A stretch of DNA of 14,621 nucleotides from Pseudomonadota bacterium (GCA_043804515.1 JAZDIZ010000057.1:1-14621); one strand, 5' to 3'; positions 5,447-13,596 are shown, counted from the stretch's first letter. Notes: generated by a model not told the origin, from the letters alone. A program made the numbers and translations.

Positions 5447-7294
5447 TTACTTCACAAGCTCCGCGAGCAACACGTCACCGGCGCACAGAAGGCCGCTTTT
5501 GATATCGAGCCGGTTGGCGTTGAGCGTGTAGTCCTCGCCGGCGGTCAGCTTCATGTCCGTTCCATTTCTCCGGATCCAGACCTGCCCCAGGGATTCACCG
5601 GCCTGGAAGTCCAGGAGAAAACTCGACTCGACCACTTCGCCGATGAAATTCGCGAGCGAGCTCAGCGCCCCGTCATAATCCGGCGCACAGATCGAGAAAC
5701 TCTGCGAGGGCTGGGCCGTGCCCGCCATCAGGTCCAGATATTTCAGGCCGTATGAACCCGGCAGCGTGCCCCCCTCCGCGCTCAGCTTGCAGTCCGGCTG
5801 CAGGAGGTCCTTTACCGGATCCTGGATGATGCTTGCGATGGAATATCCGTGCTCGCCGAAGAGCGCCCCGGCCTTCTTGTGAAAAGTCGCGATCAGGTCG
5901 TCCCGGACGGCCTCCGGATCCTCGGTCAGTAGGACGGACGAAAACACGGTCGAATCGCTGACCCACGACGTGGAACTGGAATTGGAATAACCCTGCTGGG
6001 AGCACGACGTGTACGGCTTTTCGCCATAACCCGTGCGGTGCAGGTAATCGATCACGTCGGCGTACGTGACGCCGTTCAGCGTGAACGAATTCGTGCAGGC
6101 GTTCGGGATCGTGAGCGTGACGTGGTCGGAGGTCGGACAGGAAAGGCCGGATTGGGCCGAGCAGCCGCACTGGTACGAGCAGGTGCTTGGAACGATCGTC
6201 CCCATACATCCGCTTTGCGCCTGGCTCAACTGACTCGATGTACAGCCGAGACTACCGGCGATGCTGCAGCTTTTGTTTTCCGACAAGGTGGTCCAATAGG
6301 TCCAGGTTCTCGGAACGTTGTCGACGTAGGTGACCACCGAACATAGTGCATTCACCGTCGGGAGCGGAGAGGAGTTCACCGTGTAGACATAGCTCGCGCA
6401 GGAGTTGCCGCACGTGTTATCGGGTTGAAGTGATGTGTAATTCTCGACTTTGAGACCGGTGACCAGGGAACGCACGCAGGTGCTCGCCGAGCTGAAGTCG
6501 TCTTCGTCCGAAAGGATGAGAAATGCGGCGACGTCCCCGGGATCGAAGATTTTGTTCTGCCCCGTTTCCAGAAGGGCGCGAACGAGATTGCAGCTTCCGG
6601 ATTCGGAGGAATTGCTGCCGCTGGTTCCCATATCGAGGATCCGGTTCTTGAGCTGTGTTTTCAAAACGGCGAAATCGGTGTCGCTCATGCTTTCCGTAAA
6701 CGTCGGGTTGGAACCGCCCGAACCGGCCGCGAAGCTCCGGACCAGGCTTAGCGTGTCGTTCCGTTTGAGTTGGGTGATGGCCGATGCCTGCGTCCCGCTC
6801 GGCGGGCTCGTGGACGACATCGGGCTTCCGCTCTGAAGCCAGGTGTACAGCGTGTCCGTCTGCGTGACCGCCTTCTGCGACCAGACGTAGTCGCTTTGGA
6901 ATCCAGGCAACAAGATCCCACTCCAGGGGAGGAAGGAACCGTACGGCGTCGTGGAGTAGAGGTAGACCGTCACGTTATATCCCCGGATGCCGTTCAGTAA
7001 TCCGTCCATGGCGAGCGAGAGTTTGGTCTGATGGGCCGTCATGCTGTTGGAGTTGTCGACGATCATGACGAGCTTGACGTTAGGCTTGTCCGACCTGATG
7101 TCGGGATTCAGCTCGATCACCCGGCTGGACGTGCAGGTCTGGCATAGCGGCGGTTCTTCGGGCTGTGAAGGGGGTGGATTCGAGGGGGACGGAACCGCCG
7201 GAAGCACCCGATAACTGAACGAGGTTCCGTCGCCGCACCCCGACACGAGTACGAACCCCATGAGCACCACGTGGAAAAGGGTCAGACGAGACAT
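5447..7294 (-). CDS. Secreted lipoprotein with vWA (MIDAS) domain and Cys-rich insertion; putative adhesin
   Basis: GGAGGA RBS before ATG 7294, lipobox VLVSG/C, Pro-rich linker, MIVDNSNSM (DxSxS) and FLILSDEDD. About 13 Cys lie in a Ser/Thr-rich insert, and SICAPDY is near the C-terminus. Confidence 0.85.
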   Translation of the reverse strand: MSRLTLFHVVLMGFVLVSGCGDGTSFSYRVLPAVPSPSNPPPSQPEEPPLCQTCTSSRVIELNPDIRSDKPNVKLVMIVDNSNSMTAHQTKLSLAMDGLLNGIRGYNVTVYLYSTTPYGSFLPWSGILLPGFQSDYVWSQKAVTQTDTLYTWLQSGSPMSSTSPPSGTQASAITQLKRNDTLSLVRSFAAGSGGSNPTFTESMSDTDFAVLKTQLKNRILDMGTSGSNSSESGSCNLVRALLETGQNKIFDPGDVAAFLILSDEDDFSSASTCVRSLVTGLKVENYTSLQPDNTCGNSCASYVYTVNSSPLPTVNALCSVVTYVDNVPRTWTYWTTLSENKSCSIAGSLGCTSSQLSQAQSGCMGTIVPSTCSYQCGCSAQSGLSCPTSDHVTLTIPNACTNSFTLNGVTYADVIDYLHRTGYGEKPYTSCSQQGYSNSSSTSWVSDSTVFSSVLLTEDPEAVRDDLIATFHKKAGALFGEHGYSIASIIQDPVKDLLQPDCKLSAEGGTLPGSYGLKYLDLMAGTAQPSQSFSICAPDYDGALSSLANFIGEVVESSFLLDFQAGESLGQVWIRRNGTDMKLTAGEDYTLNANRLDIKSGLLCAGDVLLAELVK

Positions 7295-7491
7295 GGTTTC
7301 CTCCAACGCGACATCCGTATCATTTTCATACCTCCCCCGATATCGGGTAAATAATCGAAATCACGGAGCCGCCGCATTTTGCTTCTCCAAGATCGCATTT
7401 ATCAAACAAGGTATTGCAGGCCATAAACGACACGATAGGGAGTATTAGATGAGCTATTCTTATTGCATCAATTCTCATGGTCGGAGGTAGA

Positions 7492-7506
7492 GCAACCATC
7501 ATGCCA
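7492..7506 (-). promoter_or_regulatory. Sigma-54 (-24/-12) promoter facing the vWA lipoprotein gene
   Basis: Minus strand TGGCAT-GATGG-TTGC(T) matches TGGCAC-N5-TTGC with exact spacing. Confidence 0.75.
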
Positions 7507-7530
7507 GGTACCTACGAGCACGAGACGCAC

Positions 7531-7582
7531 GTCAAAAAGGGCAAACCTGACACTTGAACTGTCAGGTTTTGAATTCCTGACA
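7531..7582. promoter_or_regulatory. Tandem palindromic sites (GTCA-N13-TGAC x2), putative enhancer-binding-protein UAS
   Basis: GTCA 7531/TGAC 7548 and GTCA 7561/TGAC 7578, a 30-bp period. Includes the perfect 10-bp inverted repeat AAACCTGACA..TGTCAGGTTT. Confidence 0.65.
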
Positions 7583-7603
7583 CCATTTCCCGTTCAATTT
7601 GCT

Positions 7604-7618
7604 TGGCACTTCTCTTGC
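7604..7618 (+). promoter_or_regulatory. Sigma-54 (-24/-12) promoter for the 138-aa lipoprotein
   Basis: TGGCAC-TTCTC-TTGC(T), a perfect consensus 25 bp before the ATG. Confidence 0.85.
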
Positions 7619-7643
7619 TCTGAGTATCTTGAAAGGAGATCCG

Positions 7644-8060
7644 ATGAAGAAAATGTTGATTTATCTTTTGGTGACGGCCATCACTTGTTCGGGCTGTTAC
7701 AAGAGGATCGAGATTCCGAAAGAGCAACTGACCAACCGTGCCAGTTTTCAATCCGAAGTGAAGACATCCGACTCCTCGTCGAAAACGGTCACATACGTCG
7801 TTTCAGAAAAGAGCAAATACAACAGCACGGAGTTGAAGTCGTTTCGGGTTGAAAATAACAAGCTGATCGGAGAGGCAAAAGGGGTGAGCGGTGTCGATGT
7901 AAGAACCATTCCGCTCGACAATGTCCAACGGGTCGAAAGCAAAGAATTTAGCGCAGGTAGGACGGCGATCGTTGTCCTCGGCAGCTTGGTGGGCGTTGCA
8001 CTTCTCTCTCTCGGGGTTTTCTGCGCTATGCTTGCGGACTCCAATTGGGGCGGCAGTTAG
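7644..8060 (+). CDS. Hypothetical lipoprotein with C-terminal hydrophobic helix
   Basis: AAGGAG RBS, MKKMLIYLLVTAITCSG/C signal II, and C-terminal TM-like AIVVLGSLVGVALLSLGVFCAML. More AT-rich than the core genes. Confidence 0.8.
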   Translation: MKKMLIYLLVTAITCSGCYKRIEIPKEQLTNRASFQSEVKTSDSSSKTVTYVVSEKSKYNSTELKSFRVENNKLIGEAKGVSGVDVRTIPLDNVQRVESKEFSAGRTAIVVLGSLVGVALLSLGVFCAMLADSNWGGS

Positions 8061-8225
8061 AATGACACGGAAATCATCATTTCTTTGCGGGAACCAGAAT
8101 GGAACCAACATTTGAAATTGTGGTTCGCGTCGATTCTCATTAAATAATCCCGGTGATTCCAGAGCTCCAGTAGTCACGAGTTGTGTTGACAGGGTAAGAC
8201 GCCCACGAACCCGACTCGGTGCGGA

Positions 8226-8247
8226 AATCCCACGATTCTCTCCGCCA
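8226..8247 (+). repeat. Degenerate copy of the tRNA-Ser 3' end (putative distal att site)
   Basis: AATCCC-ACGAT-TCTCTCCGCCA versus tRNA AATCCC-CC-TCTCTCCGCCA, in the same orientation as tRNA-Ser(GGA). Confidence 0.6.
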
Positions 8248-8301
8248 TTTCCGCCGGTCCGCCGCATTGACTTCTTCCCCCGATTTCGATTTAAGTAACC
8301 C

Positions 8302-8396
8302 CACCAAGCCGGGGAGCTGCGCATCGAGCGGCTGAGAGGCCCGAATCATCGGGCGACCCGCTAACTTGATCCAGGTAATGCTGGCGAAAGGAGTTC
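8302..8396 (+). ncRNA. TPP (thi-box) riboswitch
   Basis: CGGGG..GCTGC/GCGGC stem, CTGAGA, GCCCGA/TCGGGC hairpin, ACCCG, AACTTGAT-CCAG-GTAATG-CTGG-CGAAAGGA. It lies directly upstream of a thiamine pyrophosphokinase. Confidence 0.9.
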
Positions 8397-8397
8397 C

Positions 8398-9054
8398 GTG
8401 AACCCCAAACCGAAAGCCGCGTTGGTCGTCTTGAACGGAGCGCCTCCATCTCGTTCGCTCGTGCGGCGTCTTGCCCGAGGCGTTGACTTGATTGTGGCTG
8501 CGGATGGAGGGGCGAATATCCTGCGCAAATATAACGTGCATCCCGATGTCGTGATCGGCGACTTGGATTCGATCGAGCCGGTGACGCGACGTCGCCTCAA
8601 AAGCGCAAGGTTCGTCCGCCTGGAAAATCAGGACAGCACAGATTTCGAGAAAGCGCTGGTCTTTCTGGTGCGCGAACGAGTTTCACGGGTTTTCGTCCTC
8701 GGCGCCGAAGGAAAAAGAATCGATTTCACGCTCGGGAACTTCGCCTCGATCTGGAAGTTTGTGCCTCACCTTCGGGTGTCTCTATTGGGAGAAGATTGGC
8801 TTGCCGTGCCGGTCACGAAGAATCTTGAGCTTTCCGTGCCTGCGGGAACAACAGTCAGTTTAATCCCGTATACGGCATGCTCGGGCGTCACGCTGAAGGG
8901 CTTCCGGTATCCGCTTCGCAACGCTCGGCTGAGAGTCGAGTCGCTCGGGATCAGTAACGTCACAAAGGTACGCCGGAGCTCGATTCGTCTCCGCAAAGGG
9001 CGGTTCTTGGTCGTCGCCTTGGGGCGATTCGCACACAGGGGGATTCTGAAATGA
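8398..9054 (+). CDS. thiN: Thiamine pyrophosphokinase
   Basis: VAADGGAN, PDVVIGDLDSI, QDSTDFEKAL, GAEGKRIDFTLGN, VSLIP, GFRYPL and GISN motifs. GTG start after AAGGAG. Confidence 0.95.
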   Translation: MNPKPKAALVVLNGAPPSRSLVRRLARGVDLIVAADGGANILRKYNVHPDVVIGDLDSIEPVTRRRLKSARFVRLENQDSTDFEKALVFLVRERVSRVFVLGAEGKRIDFTLGNFASIWKFVPHLRVSLLGEDWLAVPVTKNLELSVPAGTTVSLIPYTACSGVTLKGFRYPLRNARLRVESLGISNVTKVRRSSIRLRKGRFLVVALGRFAHRGILK

Positions 9055-10460
9055 GAATCTCCCTTTCACCCATCGACCAGGTCATTATCGTCGGCTACTT
9101 CCTCGTAGTCATCGCCATCGGCCTCCTTTCGACGCGGCGGAAACCGAACGCGCTCGAATTTCTTCTGGCGGGCCGGACATTGACGCTACCGGTCTTTGTC
9201 ATGACGCTCGTCTCGTCGTGGTACGGCGGAATTCTGGGCGTGGGGGAATTCTCTTATCTCTACGGATTCTCGAATTGGATCATCCAAGGATTCCCGTACT
9301 ACTTTTTCGCGGCGCTCTTCGCGTTCATCCTGGCCGAAAAAGTGCGCCGGACGGATCTCCTCACGATCCCCGACAAACTGGAAGACGCTTACGGCCGAAA
9401 GACCGCGGTCCTAGGCTCCTTCTTGACGTTCCTTTTGATGGTACCGGCTCCCTACGTTCTGATGTTGGCTGTTCTTCTCCAGTTGCTGACCGGGTGGGCG
9501 CTTTCGACCTGTCTCATCGTGGGGACCGTGGCCAGCACGATCTATCTGTTCTCGGGAGGCTTTCGATCGGACGTCAACACGGACATCTTCGAATTCTTTT
9601 TCATGTTCCTGGGCTTCGGCCTGATCCTGCCGTTCGCCTATTTCAAATTCGGCGGAATCGAGTTCATCAAGAGCCATGTTCCGCCGGCCCATATGACGTG
9701 GAACGGGGGGAACTCGACCCAGTTCGTCCTGATTTGGTTCTTCATCGCCCTTTGGACGTTTGTGGATCCCACGTTCCATCAGCGGTGCTATGCGGCCAAG
9801 TCCGGCAGGACCGCCCGTTGGGGGATTCTGGTTTCGATTCTTTTCTGGTTCGTTTTCGACGCCATGACGACGTTCGCCGGCCTTTACGCCCGGGCCGCGC
9901 TCCCGAACCTGACCCAACCCATGATGTCGTATCCTCTTCTGGCGGAACAGACGCTCCCCTCGGTTGCAAAGGGTTTCTTCTACATCGGAATGCTGGCCAC
10001 GATCATGTCCACGTTCAACACGCAGGCCTTTGTCTCGGCCACGACGTTGGGGCGTGACGTGTTCTTGCGCTTGCGCGGGGATATGGGAGGGAACTCCGTT
10101 CGAGCCACGCGCTGGGGGCTTCTCATCACCGGCGTGGGGTCCATGGCGCTGGCCTGGTACATCCCGTCCGTCGTCCGCCTCTGGTACACGATCGGGACCG
10201 TCATCGTCCCGGGGTTGCTGGTGCCGCTGGTCAGCAGCTATTTCGCCCGCACGAGAATCCCGAGTTCGTACGCATTCGTCGCCATGCTTTCGGGATGGCT
10301 CGTTTCCCTGGGCTGGCTTCTTTTCGGCAAGGGCTTCCCTCTTGAGATCGAGCCGATGTATCCGGGCCTCTTCGTGTCGCTGGCTGTATGGGCTGTCGGA
10401 TGGTTGCGCCTTCGCAGCGATGAGCGAAGGTCCGCTACTTCACAATGCGGCGGTACATGA
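9051..10460 (+). CDS. Sodium:solute symporter (SSS) family transporter, likely thiamine or thiamine-precursor uptake
   Basis: Many TM helices with EFLLAGR, GGFRSDVNTDIFE, HQRCYAAKS and LATIMST motifs. ATGA-coupled to thiN under the TPP riboswitch. The substrate is inferred from context. Confidence 0.9.
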   Translation: MRISLSPIDQVIIVGYFLVVIAIGLLSTRRKPNALEFLLAGRTLTLPVFVMTLVSSWYGGILGVGEFSYLYGFSNWIIQGFPYYFFAALFAFILAEKVRRTDLLTIPDKLEDAYGRKTAVLGSFLTFLLMVPAPYVLMLAVLLQLLTGWALSTCLIVGTVASTIYLFSGGFRSDVNTDIFEFFFMFLGFGLILPFAYFKFGGIEFIKSHVPPAHMTWNGGNSTQFVLIWFFIALWTFVDPTFHQRCYAAKSGRTARWGILVSILFWFVFDAMTTFAGLYARAALPNLTQPMMSYPLLAEQTLPSVAKGFFYIGMLATIMSTFNTQAFVSATTLGRDVFLRLRGDMGGNSVRATRWGLLITGVGSMALAWYIPSVVRLWYTIGTVIVPGLLVPLVSSYFARTRIPSSYAFVAMLSGWLVSLGWLLFGKGFPLEIEPMYPGLFVSLAVWAVGWLRLRSDERRSATSQCGGT

Positions 10461-11232
10461 GAACGAACGAAAGAACGCTCAGGCCAACGCTGGCCACGAT
10501 CAGATAAACCGAGCTTACGATCCAGGTGTCCGGGACGCGGCTTAAGCAGGCGCCACGGAGGAGGATCGAGACGTGCGTTAGGGGCAGGATGTAGGCAACT
10601 TTCAGCGCCCACGAGGGGAGGATCTCGATCGGAAAGAACGTTCCTGAGAAAACGAACATCGGCATCAAGAGGAGAAAGATCGGAAGGTTGAAGAGATCAA
10701 TCCGGGGGCAAAGGGCCGACGTGATCAGGCCCATAGCTGAAAACACGAGGCCGCCTAAAATCGTGACCGGAAGAATCCAGAGCCCCGACGGCCAGTGAAC
10801 CAACCCCATCAACGTCAGCATCAGGGTCATCAGGAGGGTCGCGACTATGGCTTTTGTGGCTCCCCAAAGCCATTCGCCGGCGATCACGTCCTCGATCAGG
10901 AGGGGCGTGGCCAGCATGGACTGGAATGTCTTTTGATACTCCATCCGGACGAAGGATCCGTACGTCGTTTCGAGATACGCCCACCACATGATCGTGATGG
11001 CGATCACGCCCGGGGCCATGAACAGGAGGTACGAAACCGAGTTCCCCTCGTACGTCACCATGCCGATCATGCCCCCAAGGCCGAGGCCGAACGCCAGAAC
11101 GTAGAGAACCGGCTCCACGATCGGCGGGACGAGTTGGATGAGCCAGCCCGATCGGAGGACCAAGAGATTCCGTCGCCACACCCGGAGCGACAGGATTGAA
11201 ATGTCGCCTACGATCTTGTGCCAGGGCTTCAT
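10435..11232 (-). CDS. ABC-2 type exporter permease (NodJ-like)
   Basis: EPVLYVLAFGLGLG, SYLLFMAPG, MLATPL, FSGTFFPI and LPLTH motifs. The ATG 11232 overlaps the ATPase stop (ATGA). Confidence 0.92.
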   Translation of the reverse strand: MKPWHKIVGDISILSLRVWRRNLLVLRSGWLIQLVPPIVEPVLYVLAFGLGLGGMIGMVTYEGNSVSYLLFMAPGVIAITIMWWAYLETTYGSFVRMEYQKTFQSMLATPLLIEDVIAGEWLWGATKAIVATLLMTLMLTLMGLVHWPSGLWILPVTILGGLVFSAMGLITSALCPRIDLFNLPIFLLLMPMFVFSGTFFPIEILPSWALKVAYILPLTHVSILLRGACLSRVPDTWIVSSVYLIVASVGLSVLSFVLMYRRIVK

Positions 11233-12143
11233 TCCCGAAGTTTCCTCCCCGCCTTTTTGAGGAAAACATCCTCGAGGGTGGCCTGGCGGATCAAACGATC
11301 CTGGCCGGAAAAGCGCTCGGAGATGGCGCGGGCGATCTCGCCGCCGCTGCGGTCGTAAAGGTAAAAACGATCCTCGACTTCCTCCAGAGGCCAGCCCTTG
11401 GAAGCGATGAACGATCGGAGATCGGGGCCGTAGTTCCAAAGCTCCACGACCTGCTGCCCCACTTCCTGGGCGATCAGCGAGGCCGGCGTTCCTTCCAGGA
11501 GGATTTTGGCCGAATCCATCAGGATCACGCGGTCGCAGAGCTGTGTTGCCTCCTCCATGTAGTGCGACGTGATGAGAACGGTGATGCCGTCGTTTTTGAG
11601 CTGGCGGATGCGTTGCCAGATGAGGTGCCTCACCTGCGGGTCCAGGCCCGTCGTCGGTTCGTCCAGAACCAGGAGCTTGGGTGAATTGATGAGCGCGCGC
11701 GCCAGGACCAAGCGGCGCTTCATCCCGCCCGAAAGCTCGCTCATCTTTGCGTCCTTCTTTTCGGTGAGTTGGAAGAAATCCAGGAGTTGATCGGTGCGTT
11801 TCTCGACGGTGGTGCCCGAAAGGCCGAAGTAGCGTGCGTAAAGAATCAGATTCTCGCGGACTGAGAACTCGGGATCCAGGTTGTCCTCTTGCGGGCTGAT
11901 TCCGAGCTGCGACTTGATCGCACGCGGCTTTTTCATCACGTCCATGCCGAACACACGGACGGTGCCGTCGGTAACAGGCGTAAGACAACAAACCATCGCG
12001 ATCGTTGTGGTCTTGCCGGCGCCGTTGGGACCCAGGAAACCGACGCATTCCCCTGGATCCACATGAAAAGAAATCCCGCCGACGGCCGTGAACGAGCCGT
12101 ATCGTTTGGTGAGATTTTCGGCCTGGATGATCGATTCCGGCAT
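11229..12143 (-). CDS. ABC transporter ATP-binding subunit (NodI/DrrA-like)
   Basis: Walker A GPNGAGKTT, signature LSGGMKRR, Walker B LVLDEPTTGLDP, H-loop TSHYMEEA and C-terminal TLEDVFL. The start may instead be 12155. Confidence 0.95.
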   Translation of the reverse strand: MPESIIQAENLTKRYGSFTAVGGISFHVDPGECVGFLGPNGAGKTTTIAMVCCLTPVTDGTVRVFGMDVMKKPRAIKSQLGISPQEDNLDPEFSVRENLILYARYFGLSGTTVEKRTDQLLDFFQLTEKKDAKMSELSGGMKRRLVLARALINSPKLLVLDEPTTGLDPQVRHLIWQRIRQLKNDGITVLITSHYMEEATQLCDRVILMDSAKILLEGTPASLIAQEVGQQVVELWNYGPDLRSFIASKGWPLEEVEDRFYLYDRSGGEIARAISERFSGQDRLIRQATLEDVFLKKAGRKLRE

Positions 12144-12302
12144 GCGGGGGCGCATCTCACCACGGAGCGGTGCAGGTTTCAATTTGTCCCGCCTGAGACA
12201 GATTTCGCCTCCCGAATCGGGACAAATCGGGGACGGAGGTCGAATGAGACCAAAAAAGTCAATTAATTTAGCTAATTGGGTTTTGCAATTCCCGATGCTT
12301 TA

Positions 12303-12317
12303 TGGCATACGCATTGC
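12303..12317 (+). promoter_or_regulatory. Sigma-54 (-24/-12) promoter
   Basis: TGGCAT-ACGCA-TTGC(A), 27 bp before ATG 12345. An AT-rich tract and TGT-N10-ACA (12185-12200) lie upstream. Confidence 0.8.
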
Positions 12318-12344
12318 ACTTTTCGTCCGGATAAGGCGGTATAT

Positions 12345-12869
12345 ATGAAACTTCGAATGCTCGGCTTTGTTCTTTCTTTTTTGGCGGGCGGCCTGATTCT
12401 CTCTGCGGCGTCCGCGGGGGAAGGCATCCGACGAGTTGGCGACATCCTGAAGGGCCAACTGAATCACAAGTTCTCGTTGGTCTATAAGACCCCCGGTCAG
12501 CCGATCATTGACGATTTTCAACTTCTATCCGTTCCGAGCGGCGACTATGTTCTCCGCTTTTTTATCAAGGCCCCAGTGGGGTCCCAGTCGCTGCCGATGA
12601 TGATCGATGTACCGGTCCGGAAAACGGACGTTCGGATGGAAAGAGACCAAGCCGTGATGAACAACCTTTTCCTGCCGGTTGTTCGCGAACGGGAAAGAGA
12701 AAATTTTCAGATGGAATTCGCAAGCGGCTCGGTTCATTTCGAACCGAAGCCTGTGGAAGTGTATTACCAGGCCGACATTGAGGCCGGTTTAGTGAAGCCT
12801 GTAAAACAACTCCGGGTTTGGGTTGAGCTGGACGAGACGGGCTCGAACAAGCGCTTCAACTTCAAATGA
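12345..12869 (+). CDS. Hypothetical secreted protein (174 aa)
   Basis: Signal peptide MKLRMLGFVLSFLAGGLILSAASA/G. It fills the gap between genes and follows a sigma-54 promoter. No family recognised. Confidence 0.75.
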   Translation: MKLRMLGFVLSFLAGGLILSAASAGEGIRRVGDILKGQLNHKFSLVYKTPGQPIIDDFQLLSVPSGDYVLRFFIKAPVGSQSLPMMIDVPVRKTDVRMERDQAVMNNLFLPVVRERERENFQMEFASGSVHFEPKPVEVYYQADIEAGLVKPVKQLRVWVELDETGSNKRFNFK

Positions 12870-13554
12870 GATCCGGCGGGATCACCTGACCTGTCAGGAA
12901 ATCGACAGGGCTTTGACCGGGCCGAAATACGCGCACACGCCCCTTTCCTAACACACGGAATTCTTTCCCCTCGACGCGGATCATCGTGGATTCTTCGATC
13001 CCGAATACCGCATTGCGGTTCGCCTTGTGATACTCGGCGATCCGGTCGTCCCTGGTTTCGCTGTGGGGCGCCATCGTGAGATCGGTCTCGAGATAGTGAG
13101 GATTGATGTTGAACGGCACGAGGTTCAACGCCTCGAACTTGGATAGCCCCACGACGTTCCAGTCGTTGGTGGTCAGAATGGTCGGCCCCGCGATGTTGGC
13201 GCCGGCGCTCCAACCGCCGAAAGGCATGCCGTCCTTAATGCGTTGGCGCAACGGGGCGATCAGGTCGTGTTCGATCAGCGTCTTGAGGAGTTTGTATGTG
13301 TTGCCGCCTCCCACGAGAACACCGTCGAGCTCAGCCAGAATCTTCTTCGGGTCGCGGGGCAGATCCAAGTGGACGAATTCGAAAGGCGCGCCACTCAAGG
13401 CGTCCTTCGCCTTTGCGAAGAACTCCTCCGGATCCAAGAACGGGGCCGCTGAGACGAACCCCACCTTCTTGGAGTCTTTGAGGAACGAAAAAATCTGGTC
13501 TTTGCAATGGGCCAGGTACGGTTTTCCTGAATTCGCAACGAGAAGTAATCGCAT
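12862..13554 (-). CDS. pepE: Dipeptidase E (peptidase S51)
   Basis: VGGGNTYKL, GWSAGAN (nucleophile Ser), TTND, INPHY and ETRDDRIAEY motifs. Confidence 0.93.
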   Translation of the reverse strand: MRLLLVANSGKPYLAHCKDQIFSFLKDSKKVGFVSAAPFLDPEEFFAKAKDALSGAPFEFVHLDLPRDPKKILAELDGVLVGGGNTYKLLKTLIEHDLIAPLRQRIKDGMPFGGWSAGANIAGPTILTTNDWNVVGLSKFEALNLVPFNINPHYLETDLTMAPHSETRDDRIAEYHKANRNAVFGIEESTMIRVEGKEFRVLGKGRVRVFRPGQSPVDFLTGQVIPPDLI

Positions 13555-13596
13555 GCGGCGATTCTAACCGCATTTAGCAAAGTGGAAAGAAGCGCC

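Noticed and set aside
11233..12048. N-terminal extension of the 537-aa permease ORF
   Set aside because: It is an Arg/Pro-rich alternate frame of the ABC ATPase. The real start is the ATGA-coupled ATG at 11232.
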